Shown: in pieces, positions 51,240 to 64,000 of the stretch | Position numbering within the stretch: position 1 is the first letter of the stretch | Layout: every line of letters begins with the position of its first letter | NCBI GenBank assembly: GCA_043228905.1 | Contig: JBHGNT010000001.1 | Location: forward strand, 4,030,001-4,094,000 | DNA from: Azolla caroliniana | Taxonomy: Eukaryota; Plantae; Polypodiophyta | Length of the DNA stretch: 64,000 nucleotides | Reading direction: 5' to 3' | Program-made: the position numbers and the translations under genes | The notes under the pieces: generated by a model | Seen by the model: only the letters and a program-made list of their open reading frames with translations | Database searches by the model: none | What the model was told of the DNA's origin: nothing

Positions 51240-53000
51240 TCAACATTGAAATAGTAGTTTTGGTAAAAGATAAGTTCCCAATAGAAACCAACCAATCAAA
51301 AGAAAATTGAACACTGCCCAGCCAGTGAAGAAAGGCCACCCCACCATGTAATAACCCAAGAAGATAACCAGTAAAAATGGTGCAAATGACCTTATTATAG
51401 CTGCCTTACTAACCCACTGTCCTTTGATGAGGACCAATAACACAATTGAGATAATATTCCATTTGATTGAGCCTTTGTAAGCAAGTTTATTGAGGCAGCT
51501 GGCGACAAATGAATGGCAGTTACATGTAAATAGATTATAAGATGTATGTTGGAACTGCTGCATTGTGGTTCGGATTCCATCATCCCAACTCTGAACTGTG
51601 CCACATTGAGCATGATCAAACCCTGATGCACATGTGTGGTCTGATAAGTAATGTGGTAAACAGCACTGCAAAAACAAACACATCAAGCTTGGATCAAAAG
51701 GTATGATCGAAGCAAATATTTAAGAATCCAACGGTCCTAATCAACTAGTTAACATGGAATGATTAAGAATCTAATAAGAGAAGGGAGGTCGGATTAGATA
51801 TGACTATCCACCCAACCAATTGCTCCTGAGCTGAGGCCCATCAGCTGACACTAGGTCAACCAATATCTCATGTATGATGAGGAAAAGATCCTCGTACAGA
51901 GGAAAAAGGTGTTTAGACACTGTCATACATACATTGGGAGATGACAGTGGATCTTGTAAGAGAGCGTCATACTCTTGATACAAGAAAGGGAGCTCTCCAA
52001 ATTGATAGTATCAAAGAGCACAATTAAGTTGTGCCTCTACTTATAACAGTTAACCTTCAGCTTACTTCTACACCAGTGTCCAGATTGTGGACGACCAAAT
52101 GACTGTTCACTGAGCTAATGGACCTATATCCCTTCTACTTGACTATGATAATCTATGCCTGGAAGAATATATCAAACTATGTGAATGCACGAGATGATGG
52201 GGTCTCGCTATGATTTCAAACTGCACATATGACTTGAACACGCCAAATTCGCATAAAAAACTGAAGGGGTAGACATGGAACCATAGAACAAATACAGGCT
52301 CACCCTTATTTAGAACAAGAACCCGCAATGTACAGACAATCCATTGTCACGGGTTCCCATTCTGTATCATTATTTCGAAGGACAAGAAACCAAGAATAGT
52401 CATGTTACCAATCACTAATGATAAAATGATTGCTTGGATTCCTAATTATTGGACTCATTATCTTTCTTCCAACTAAGGTTCTAGATGTCAAGGGATGTAC
52501 CAACAGCAATCCGTGAGAATAGAAACATACATGAGCATAGGGTCCAAAAGTATATATATGCCTCCGCACAGCCATGAACAATGATTGAGGTGCCCATATT
52601 TTGTAATAAGATCTATTCTCAAATAAAACTTCAGGGAAAACAACTTGAGTTGCATGTACACATCCCCCTCTAGTTTGAATGCATCACGCATTATAATATG
52701 GCATGGTAAGCTTACTTGTTCTCTTCTCAGTTGCACATATCTTGCAACAGCACCAAATGCAAAATTATCCACATTAACAAAGTATGGTCCAGCAAAATCC
52801 AAGATAACCCCATCTTGACGGCATATGCCCACATGACCAACAAAGGGAGCAAGCCATGAAATAATTGGCAAAGGAGTCCACACAACACAGAGAGGAAAGC
52901 GGGCAGTAATAGTATCAATAGTAGAAGATTCCTCTTCTTCTCTCGATGTTCTAGGCACTTTCACGCCAATCAGAGACTCCTCATCATTAAGCTCATTCAT
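51240..53000 (-). CDS. RTE1/RTH-like membrane protein (DUF778/TMEM222 family; ethylene-receptor regulator family). Exons 53000-52716, 51665-51240; probable ~3.9-kb 5' UTR intron 53092-56994
   Basis: [62 protein letters not shown]...[22 protein letters not shown] and C-terminal TM segments are diagnostic of RTE1/RTH. Confidence 0.93.
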
Positions 53001-54079
53001 CCTTGAAGAATGATATTAAGTTAGGGTGTGGGTGTCCTGTATATCAAGCTCCTCTAAGGTCCCTTTCTATACTCTAAGCAAATGTCCTAACCTGCAAGAA
53101 TCATACAAAAAACAAAACTAGATAGTTTAGAATTTCTCTCTTTTATCACGGATGAACAAATACTAAATTATCCAGACTTTTGATTTATGATAGCGATAGA
53201 ACCATTCCATTTATTATCAACATACCTTAGGGTTTGACCTTGAGCAAATAGCACATAAACTCCTTGGGCTTAACATCAGAATCCCTACACATTTATTTGA
53301 ACAACCTGCTCATCAGTCCTCCTTGTGCACTATCTCATTTGAAGATTTTTCTATAGTTGGCCTCAAAAATCATATTATCTAATATAAGAACTAGTCATAC
53401 TGTCTAATAAAAGAACTTTTTCAATCCGGATTGTACAAGCATTGGAGTCTGAGACACATTCTGATCATCAAATAATAAACTTATAAATTGAGCAATACCC
53501 AGACCCACTGAATATTCATACAATTTTTAAAATTAAATAGTGATTTGCAAAACTATATCCCATTGTTATTTTATAACAAATTAATATCTAACAAGAATCC
53601 GAAAGTTATACATTCTTATAGAGATAATTAAGTGAAAGGAACTTGTATGATCCCCTGGCTACAGCCTACAACGCCTAGGAATGTGAGCATAGCCTGCTGT
53701 AAGCTTTTTGAACACAAACCACCAAAAAAGTTAAAGGCCTTTCATAAATCCATATAACAATGTGGAAGATGTCATGTGTGGGATGCACTATGCAGCTAAT
53801 GAAACAGGACCAATTCCCGTGCATTTAGAAACGGAGGCACTGATCACTGAAGGCAGGAAACCAGAATCTGTAGCTGTGACTGCAACAACAATGAGATATT
53901 ACAGAGCACGAACACCACATACCCAAAATATTTACATTGTCAAATGTGTTCCATTGCATTGATTGGGTTTCAGATCAGAGCACTGACTTGTACAGGCACA
54001 CTATGGTCAGCCCAAATGAGTGCCGGTTATCCCGCAAACAAAAGTTTGCAGCAAGTATGAGAGTGCATCGTCTATCTAT

Positions 54080-55700
54080 TCTACTGAGGATGGATGGCTG
54101 GACCGCATCTTAGACAGCAAGCAAAGCCAAACCTTTCGACTTGCACCTTACCCACCCATCCATAGGTAAAACCGGCAAAATCTTCTAAGGGAGAATAGAC
54201 AAGAACAAAATCAGTGGGCCTATACCATCTCCCTACCCTCATAAGGAGGAGATGACATTTGTAATAAATGAGATTTCTGTGAATTAGGGCCAAAGTCTGT
54301 AAAATTGAGTGCATGAAGGGTGAAAAAGGACAAGATAAGAGGTGCGTCCCACAATCTTGGTGGAAGTGTTCTACTACGCATCTCGCGATCCAGGATGATT
54401 TAGCAACCCTGGTGCAGACTGACATGTGCATAGGAATAATCATAATAATAGAAGTCAATTTTGCTGGAGAATCTTCAGAGCCATTCATACACAACTATAT
54501 ATACCTCAATGGGCAGACAGTTTATTTTTCTATTGTACTACCTCATATGCAACATCCAGCCAGAGATGTACCATGCCATAGGTAATAAAGCCTGCCGGAA
54601 TTAAAATCATGGAAGACGGTGAACGATCTAGTCTCTCTTGGATAGACTGAATCGCTGTCTGAATCTGTATGGAATGTGAGACATCAATACAAACCTGCAA
54701 TCCAAAGTAACTAGCTGCCCGGCCAGGTGTACTATACAGATAAGGCCAGCTATAGCACAATAAGTGATAGCGGAGTGCACAGAAATGAAAAATGCAAAAG
54801 ATTGTCCAAAAGATGCAACTTCCATTTGCATGACCATAGTTATGTAAAGAGACATTGGTTTTATCCAAAGCCACCAGGTAGTAAGAAACATAACGCATGG
54901 TAAAATCTGCAAATTCCAAGTCATGTAACTCACGGTCAGCTGGCAACTTTATCTTGTATGGATGGACATAGCCTTCGCATAGAAAAGAAGAGATATGGTG
55001 CTTCTGGTGAGACCTGTGGAATACATCTTGTTAAGGGAACTGGTGCTTGACATAGCTCTAAATTGTAAGTGCAATAGATGCTGTATTGTAAAGCCCAAAA
55101 ACGTCAGCAAACTATAGCTGGGGAATCTCGTTCTTAGCACAATGCCCCAGGAAATCGCAATTCATTCAATTGTATGCCTTCTCAAAATCCAAAAGTGGAA
55201 TAGCAATATGCTATCCTCTATCTTGAGCATGCTGAACTGCCACTGTTCCAAATGCAATGATCTTGAATATAAATTGTTTGAAATCAATGGTTTTACCAAT
55301 AACATATCCCTATATAAACAAATCCTGAAATGAAACCTCAAAAATATCATGGGATTGCGATCCAATCAAGTGATAATCTGAATTCAGTATGAGCAAAATT
55401 ACACAGGGAGGGATGAAGAAATAGAAGACGGAAGCAGTGAAATAAACCCTAAAAATCAGATTATAGGAATGGGTAGGCAATTCAAGAAGGGCAATAGGAG
55501 AGGTATCACCAGGATATGATTAAAATCCTGCTGTATGAAATTCAGATACAGAGTGTAAAGAACAATGGCAAGAATGACGTGCACTAAGTTTGAGGGTGGG
55601 AAAGGAGAATCCCCTGCTAAAAAGGGATACCTCCACAATATGTCCCATTAGGGTAGCAAAAGATAGATCCTTGAGAGCATGACAGCCCAACCATCCAACC
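54080..55700 (-). mobile_element. Decayed non-LTR retrotransposon (LINE) reverse-transcriptase relic; ends approximate
   Basis: Broken minus-strand motifs in RT order: LLDFEKAYN*MNCDFL (55195-~55148; cf. LDFEKAYDRVxW), APYLF (~55000), DLEFADFT (~54910; cf. FADDT), SYFGLQVCID (~54700; cf. RYLG); several stops and frameshifts. Confidence 0.75.
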
Positions 55701-58369
55701 AATCAGGTGCCCACCTCTTTGTCTAATAGGCATCCCTTAACGTTGTAAAGTTTGGCATTAGTTTTCACCCTTCTTCCCTAACTAGCTTTATTCTTTTACA
55801 TTTGCAAAAAGAAAACAGAGATATTTTTGGCAAATAGGGTCAGTCCCATTCGATGAAATGGAACACAAGGTAGACCATCTCAACAACAATCTACACCCAT
55901 TGCCAATCCCTAGGAGACCATAGAAAATGTTGACACTGTAGAATATGGCGGTTAGAACAATTTAAAGCTTTGGGCACGTGCATGTATTCCCTCGAAGAAG
56001 AATAGACAAACATTCAAAGGAGAAATCGAGGTACTAAAAGAAAAGGCTTGATCTTGTAATACTTAACTGAGACAATAGAACAAAATTGGGCATTCGGAAC
56101 AAACATGCCTTCCCAAAAGCAGGAAACACAAAACTAAAAGAATGAGGCATTTGACGAGGAGTTTGGTCTCAACAGCAGGATCACACAGAGAGGATGAGAG
56201 GATCAAGCATGAACTTGAGAACATCAAGGCTGAACACACGATTCACAAAAATATTTTTGCCTGTATAACTATGAAAAGAAATAGTTTAAAGTTTCCATTT
56301 TAGTTCTGAATTCTTTGAAACGATTTCCTTCACTTTTTACCATTTGCCCTGTTGGGATGCTCCTCTTAACAGAGGTTCAAAGCATAGAGAGCTGAAAAGG
56401 ATGCTATCACGAACCACTTTCATACTACATATACTTGAGGAGGGATGTAAGACATAATATGTGGAGACAGAATCTTTCTAGATAATGATGTCCTCTTTCA
56501 ATGACAATATTCGTAGATAATGATTTCTTCTTAGATGGACAATCTTCTGTTCGTTGATCTCTTCTTAGATCATGATCTAATGCAGCAAAGCATAGGACAG
56601 GAATGTGTATCCATGCATTATATAACTGAACTCTACGAGTGAATATTTAGTCCTCTCATGAGACAATTTTTTAACAGGAAATCAAGAAATGTTCTTTTGT
56701 TAATCCTGATCACATCAGGTGATGATCCTAAAACTCAATATCTCCAAACGTTTTTAAAGGGGATGCAAAAAGATTGTAAAAATGGAGATTTTTTTGCTCA
56801 TTGTCAGCCCTTCTCGAAGATCAATCAATCGATTGCAGTAGAAGAGAAAGGGGAGAAGACATTGTTTGTTTTTGTTTTTTTCGGGATTGGAAGCTATGGA
56901 AAAACATCTCCTTTTCGGAAGAATTTGAAGATGAAGCAGAACAGAATGCACAAGGAATAGGAATCTATAGGAGAAGAGAAAAAGAAGGATTTACCTCTCA
57001 GAGTGTGATCGTTTTTTTTGGGTCTGTGCAGAGATTTCTCTTTTCTGTCGTCGAAATCATGGAAAGGGAAGGTTCTTCACATTTTCGTGACGAGCCTGTC
57101 GGAGTTCACACTGAAGAAGTATCTTAAGCCCATTGTCCGTGTTCACACGGGAGAATCTCGGCTTTTGTCCGCGTTCACACGGAAGCATCTCTCAGCCGTG
57201 TGTCACTTAACACCTCGGAAGAATCATCAACTCTCATTTCAAATGAAGTTTCTCTGTCTTTGTCTTTGTCTTTGTTTCTCGGGAGGGTCCTCTGGTTTTG
57301 TTCTTTTTGTGTCGTGGCCACCGAGCAAATCGTGTCGTGTGGTTGTGAGATTGTGTGTATCCTCTGTCGCCCATCACAATTCCAGCCTCCCCTCATCTCT
57401 CTTCTAAGACTTTGAATCTATGCACCCATACCATTCACCATGCCCTCGTGACACACTCCTACTGTCGTTGTCATAACCAAAAATACATGTCTGCTTCTTA
57501 GAATGAGTGATTCACTCGAATAACTCTTTGCATAATTGATACAATCCAAATAAACCTTTGTTTTGATTAAGCCCCTTTACGACGAATAATGTGAGCATGT
57601 GTGGCGTTTTGTGGCCTTGCATTATGGAGAAGAGTTTCAATGTATATGGTGCATGTTTGCAAAATTTATAATATATATGTACATGCTTTGATGATGTTGT
57701 CGACTTGTTTGCTTTTATAGTTGGTGCATTGTTACATGTGATTATGATTGTAAGGTCTTCCTTCATGTGTTACATCTGTGAATCTTAATTTAGTGAAATT
57801 GAATCTAATTATAACAATCACTACAATGGAAGTCATTAGTACATATGTTGTCTTGTTTAATTATAAATGGTATGCGTGGTCACTAGATTGCACTTGTAAA
57901 TCAAGCTTTTTTGTCTTTGATTGATCATGGTTAGATGGAACAACAATTCAACATGCATCAACGTTTTCTATAGGTTACCACACCAATTCAATAATGTAGC
58001 CATACTTGATTTCAAAATCTTTGAGTCATATTATGACTCTATAAATATAATTTTCATCTAGCATTTGTCTCTCCAAGGGACTGACTTTCTATAATCTATG
58101 TAGAAAATATACAAATGTCATTTGCATGCAAGTCATACCATTAAGCTAAGCCACCCTTTAATGAAGGACATTGTATATAATGCGTGTCAAATCTCGCTCC
58201 GTGATGCTTTGATTGTTCAAATTAAGTGAACGTGTAGTCAAAAGATTGTTTAGGTCTTAAAATACTAGGGTACATTGCTTGCTACTTTATGATGCTTTGA
58301 AAGTTTGATGCTCGAAATAAAGTGATCACCAAGTCAAAGTTTTCCACATTTAGGTGTTCTCATTTGAAG

Positions 58370-59050
58370 TTTATGTACCCAACAATTGTGAAGTCATGAT
58401 TCCGATGCAGTAAAGCAATTATGTCACCATTGTAATTAATATGGCACCCACAATACTAAATTTGAAATATGCATTCTAAAGTCAACAATTTAGATTTTAT
58501 TTTATGTAATCTTTTTATTGCACATTTATTTATTGTATGACATTTTCACCTTTGCTCCTTGAGATCCTTCAACGAATGTCAAATCAAAATGAACTAAATT
58601 GGAATTGAGCATGATTCCAAGACCATGTTGTTAGGGAGAAAGTTACAAGAGTAATGCATTGGTGATCAAACCAATCTAACAGTAATTGGTTTGTTCCACT
58701 TGCATTAGGTTTGTGGCAAAATAGGTGTCCACAAAGTCGTCGCCCATGGAACTCAAGATTAAAAATTAACCCCTATATTATCAATAGTCATTATATCATC
58801 ATGGTACATTCAATTACGTAAACAAATAACGGCTCATAGAGAATGTTTTGAACCAAAATTGCATCTCATGTAAAAAGTTTTATTGATGTTCATGTATGAA
58901 TATGGAGATATATGCAAATCAAATAGCAATTGCAAGTCGTTTGGGTTGGACTTAAATGGCATTTGCAATTAATGAACCGCCATACTATAATAACTTAATT
59001 TGAGAAGGAAGGTTTCACAGTTTCATTTGGTATTCGTCTTTGAGTCCATG
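58370..59050 (-). mobile_element. Possible very degraded PIF/Harbinger DDE transposase relic
   Basis: Minus-strand remnants YYSMAVH, LECIFQI* (~58458-58480; cf. IERAFGxLK) and LHNC (58382-58393) in Harbinger order; highly interrupted. Confidence 0.3.
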
Positions 59051-61139
59051 TTAGAAATCATGTTTAACTAATTGGCACCTTCCAATGTCTAACTTGTTGT
59101 CAATGCAAGAAAGTAAAAAATTCCTTCAAAATTCAAAAACACTAATTAAATTTAACCGTTTATGAGGTAAAACTTAAAGACTTATCTATTTTAAAATATA
59201 ATTTATTAGTCTAATGTTATGAAGGTAAATGATGTATATAGGGGAATGGAGTGTTCAATGGGTTTCAACTTTCAACAATGAATATGCGCCACATTTTAAT
59301 ATGTCTGATTCTTATAGCTTTTATCTGATTGCTTGATGTCATTTTATTTTCACAAGGCACTGTTGCAAGACTACATCATAAAGGGTTTAAATGTGTGGCA
59401 AACTGCAAGGGCAAATGAACAATCTAATGTGTGTGTTCACCTATAAACGAGCTAGACATGTTCATATGTAGTTAGCGCTTATTGCTTCCTTTCTTATTTC
59501 TCATAAAAAATATGAGGGCCAAAACACATAATAAAACAATAAAATTTTTTAAGGAAAATGTTTTATTATTGAAATTAGCGTAAAGATGTTCATTGAGGTG
59601 TTAAGTGTCGGGGACAACCTTCTCCGAAGTTCACTGCTCCCAAAATGGTCCATGTGCTTTCACGACTACCAACAAATGATTTAGAATTAGCCTAGCTAGT
59701 AGCCATTATACATATAAAAACTTTAATGCGTTAGGGACATTATGATAGGCTAGGTTGAACTGATCATGCAACTTGTCACCGCGTTGCTTAAAAGGTTAAA
59801 TGCATCGCATGTGCATCTCGCTATTTTCAATATATAAGTGAACTATTTGGAAGCACATGCCAATAGCATTAAGAACACAAGGTGTCAAAGAAATAGGAGG
59901 TCGAGAACAATAATGCATGGAAGTAATTGCATGCAATTCCAATAGTAAGTGGAAAAGGAGATTTCCCCATTGAGGGTACATGGCCTAAGAAAATAGAGTA
60001 ATGAGGAGTGCATGTACGAACTAGTACGAAGGGCTTACAGTTTAAATTATGAACATAAGGTCGAAGTTTTTATTATGTGTGATGTGTAGTGCGCGGCAAT
60101 GCTTATATGAGAGATAGAGAGTGTGAGAGCAAGGGAGACATCCACTTGGGAAGCTCCATCCTAGTCCATATAGAGAATATGTTTGGTCAGTCTCTCTAGT
60201 TAAATAACTATATTTGTGGTGGCAAACCCATGAGGCACTTAGCATACTTCCACACTTAATTATTTCAACAAAAGCTAAAATAGAGAATTTGGTTATTGCC
60301 ACCATAATACTTTTCCTCATCTCTTGGCATGCTCGTGAGATAGAAGACACTTAGCAATGCTAACCAATAACAAAGATACCAAGGGAATATATCGTTTAAC
60401 AAAAGAAGGTTTCCTCGTAAGTTAGTCTACTGTAACTATATCGCTCTAAGTGGGTCATAGGAATCTGATAAGGTTGCATCATAATCAATAAATTAGATCC
60501 CGTTACATTTCTTCAATTGGCTTTATCTTAATTGATTAATTTGATATAACAATTACATCGGTCTTGTCAAGGCTCTCGGGTGCATCAAAATTAAAGAAGC
60601 AGTTTTGATTTGATCAAGGCATTGTACTCGGGCGGTATCATCATTAATCATCAAGCATTTAAGAAAGAACAAAGTGAGAGTAATCACATGCATGCTCCAC
60701 CATTACTCTCTCTCTCTCTTGACTCAATCGAGAAGAAGACAAGGTAGTTCTATTTCAGGAAACCAAAGAAACGAAAGGGGTAAGTGTTGGGAATTTCAGA
60801 AAGTTGGGGAGGGGTATGTGTGAGAATTTGGTGAAACCTTCGTCATAGTGTTATACATCTCTTCATTTCATTAATTATTTATTAATCCTTCCTTAATTAT
60901 CATTAATTATTTATTGTTAACATTTTCTCATTATTGCTACCCTGCCTCACAGAAGACAGACACGCAGAAGCACGAATCCGGAACAGAGAGACCGAGTCAG
61001 AGAGTGTTTCTTTTTTTCCTTTCCTCGCTCCGTAGAAATCATGCGCTCAAATCTGAGCAGGATTCATGTCCAGTCTCAGAATTCATCACCATCACCAACG
61101 TCATACCCGTCTTCTTCTTCTTCTTCTTCTTCTTCGACC

Positions 61140-63339
61140 ATGAACCTCGGCATGGCCACGAAATCGAAAGGACCCGATCGCGTATGGTCCTTTGAGTCTC
61201 ATGACATGATGCTCGTCTTGGCCCACTGCCTAGGCCTCGCTTGCTCCGTGTTTGTTCTGGCCTGGATCTTTCGTTTCAGAGGAGGCCTCCCTTTCATGGC
61301 TTCCACCCCTGCCCTCGCTCTAAATCAGGCCGCTGATCTCGTCTTCAATGTAAAACCCAAATTCGTGTCTATTTGAATAAGCAAATAGATCTTCTCTGCC
61401 AAAATCTGACTGTATGTATGTACAATTTCATTTTAGGATGTATGCAAATATAGTTTAATTTTGGGATGTATGTACATAGGATTTGAATATTGGATGTATG
61501 GTTGTATGTTTTGATTTCAGCATGTATCTATAGTTCTATGTACATATTATTATTATTATTTTAATGTATCTTATGGACGTGTGTGTATGTTCACATGTGT
61601 GCATTTGGCTTATGATGAAATTGAACAATAAAGGAACCTCCAGGTGACATGCAATGTGGTATGCAATCATAAATTTGGATAAAAAAGGTATTTCAATTGG
61701 CTTGCAATGTGGTACATAATCGCAAAGTTTAATAAGAGAGGAACTTTAAGTTGGCTTACAATGTGGTAGACAAGCACGAAGTTGATTAAAAGAGGGTCCT
61801 TCAGAGGACGTGTAAGATGGTGGAAATTGTATAATATATGAAGTTGAATAAAAGAGAGCATTTTATATGGCTTACAATGTGGTCGACGATAAAGAAAGAA
61901 GCATCCTTCAGGTGGTGTGATGGACTTGATGCATGAAATTGGGCTATCATGGAATTGAATGAAAGAGGGTCCTCTAGGTGGTTCTGATATTGTATTGCAG
62001 TGGACAATATGTAATTTTTTTGACAATTTAATATCGAATAAAGAGATAATAATGTTGAATAAAGAGTGTAATGTGCTGGGCACCATTTCAGGTTCATCCA
62101 GTTTTGATGCTGATTGGCTACATTGTCCTTACAAGTGAAGGTAAAATTGCTTAATTATTATCAAATTTTAGTTTACCATCCATTCGAGTCTGGTTATGTT
62201 GAGGAAGAATACTACTTGTTGCAGCAATTCTAGTTTTTAAGGGTGTACATGGTACAAAATCCTACAAGAAAGGAGTTCACCTCACAATTCAAGCTTTGGC
62301 CTTTGTCATGGCCATTTTGGGGATATGGGCGGCTTTTAAGTTTCATAATGCAAAGGGAATCGACAATCTGTACAGTTTGCATTCATGGCTTGGAATAATG
62401 ACTATTGTTCTGTTTAGTCTCCAGGTATGCATGCTTGGCTGAAAAACATGCAAAATTGAAAAACCTGCTTATTTATCCGTAATGAATATGACGGCTCCTT
62501 CTTACTTTTGTGGCGGTGAATTTGTGGTTCATCATTAGATTGGACCCAGTAAATGTATAGGAGTGTCAGTGCATACTCTTCCCGTACGTTGAGGTTCCTC
62601 TTACTTGTTTTGCCACGCATGGACACACACAAGACATGTGAGAGTGACGTGTCCTTTAGGGAATGGGTTGAATATGGCTTTCTATGGAGAACATTGGTGC
62701 AGCAAATCTACAAGGATACATTTCTTAAAGGGGCATGATGAGCATCATTGTGGCATGCATGGGAAGGTAGACAAAGGAACTATCCATGTGACAGAATATG
62801 ATAGTTTTGTTTGTACCAGAAGGGTATTATTTTAACTTGTATTAGCTATGACCTTAGCAACCTAGTTGCGGATCATCTGACGAGGTTCTTGATGGTTAAT
62901 TTTGGACTAGAAGGCCTATTTTCTCAAATAGAAGTATTTTTCCTTGTGGGGTAAACACTGAACAGTAACACTTCAGAGAACTCTTGTTGTCTTGAATAGT
63001 TGAGAATTTGACATTCTAGATTGATTTATTTTCCAGTGGATTTCGGCATATTTTGTATATTGGTATCCGGGGGCTATTGGAAAAGTACGAGCTGCTATGC
63101 TGCCATGGCATGTATTCATGGGCCTTTCAACCTATTCTATGGCACTGATAACAGCAGAAACAGGATTTCTTGAAAAGATGACATTTTTAATCGTAAATAA
63201 GGTGATTGAAAGATACAGCTTGGAAGCAATGTTTGTGAACAGTACTGCATTGCTTTTGGTTGTTTATGGTCTGGTTGTCATTTTGGTCACCGTAGTGCCA
63301 AAGACCACAAAAGGAGAGCCGATAAGGAATCTTGATTAA
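61140..63339 (+). CDS. Ascorbate-dependent cytochrome b561 (transmembrane ferrireductase). Exons 61140-61349, 62092-62140, 62225-62424, 63037-63339; an in-frame upstream ATG exists at 61041
   Basis: WIFRFRGG, VFNVHPVLMLIG, KKGVHLTIQ, FKFH...DNLYSLHSWLG, MLPWHVFMG, AETGFLEK; all four heme-ligand His positions present. Confidence 0.93.
61620..61890. repeat. ~55-bp degenerate tandem repeat in cytochrome b561 intron 1
   Basis: Recurring tggctt(g/a)caatgtggt...aagtt.aat.aaagag. Confidence 0.7.
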
Positions 63340-64000
63340 TTGCATGAAGTGATGTAACTCCTATTATTGAGTAATTGACAGAAAAACCATTTACTGCTGA
63401 GTCATCTGTATATTTATCAAGTTTTTTGCTGGAATTGGTGGGCAAGGACCGAGGTACTTGGGTTTGCTAGATTCGCATTGTTTGCCTATTTTATCTAAAG
63501 GCATTGTATAGAATTACTGGCGGTTTTAACTTGCCAAAGAGAGTTGATTACATCCATGAAATTTGATCTCCAAGTAACAAATGCAGTTTACCAATTCAAT
63601 TTTCAAACAATAGCTTTGCATATCAACTGTATATTTTCACTCTTGTTTGAGACACCTTTGATCACATACACCATTGTAGATTTAGTGGGATTTTCTCTTC
63701 GGTTTCTGCCAAGGAATGTAGTGAGAAGTCTTGGTCATCACGAATGTTTTAAGCCTGTCCTTAAAAATTCATTCTCGTCATTTCAGAAGGTTTCCACTAA
63801 GCTCAAATTCATAGAAGGTTGAGTTAGAGTTATTATATTAAATTATCTATGATGCAGAAGTGCTCTATTGTATGTGGCTGATGGATGTGAGATAGAATGT
63901 GATTGTCTATTTAAATCAGTTTAGTTTGTAACACATTGTCAAAGAGAAAGTGTTGTAATTGTAACTAGGAAGGGCTTTGGGGGACATTTTAACCAGTGTA

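Noticed and set aside
48002-59050. Trihelix Myb/SANT gene plus Harbinger-like relic as one Harbinger element
   Set aside because: They are ~9 kb apart with the RTE1-like gene between them, there are no enclosing TIRs, and the trihelix looks like an ordinary host TF
51240-63339. Functional pairing of the RTE1-like gene with the neighbouring cytochrome gene
   Set aside because: The known Arabidopsis RTE1 partner is cytochrome b5, which is unrelated to cytochrome b561; adjacency alone is not evidence
1-64000. CRISPR-like arrays, rRNA or tRNA genes, horizontally acquired operons
   Set aside because: Repeats are degenerate tandem copies without unique spacers, no RNA-gene signatures were seen, and all genes are typical plant nuclear families

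Overview
AT-rich, gene-dense eukaryotic DNA from a land plant, with about 11 genes in 64 kb. A DRC1 axonemal gene implies a lineage with flagellated sperm, and a compact-genome fern is my best inference. In order: 3' end of a SAC/FIG4-type phosphoinositide phosphatase (+); CID8-13-type PAM2+2xRRM protein (-); MAM33-family mitochondrial glycoprotein (+); DRC1/CCDC164 (+); MZT1/GIP1 (-); PLS-class PPR with truncated E and no DYW (+); armadillo-repeat kinesin ARK (+); URGT-type nucleotide-sugar transporter (-); trihelix transcription factor (+); RTE1/RTH-like protein (-); cytochrome b561 (+). Introns and intergenic DNA hold many local tandem duplications, a Mutator-like MITE, a 40-bp hairpin, a LINE relic and possible hAT/Harbinger relics. 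Main oddities: (1) repeated duplications that copy exon-intron junctions ('splice-site echoes'), (2) a 2-bp frameshift in the conserved last ARK exon, (3) a shortened DRC1 with a GC-AG intron beside two other microtubule genes, (4) a 27-bp coding minisatellite in the CID protein. I found no rRNA, tRNA or CRISPR, and no clearly novel multi-gene system that I can support. Exons were placed by hand from GT/AG sites, frame continuity and recalled family motifs.
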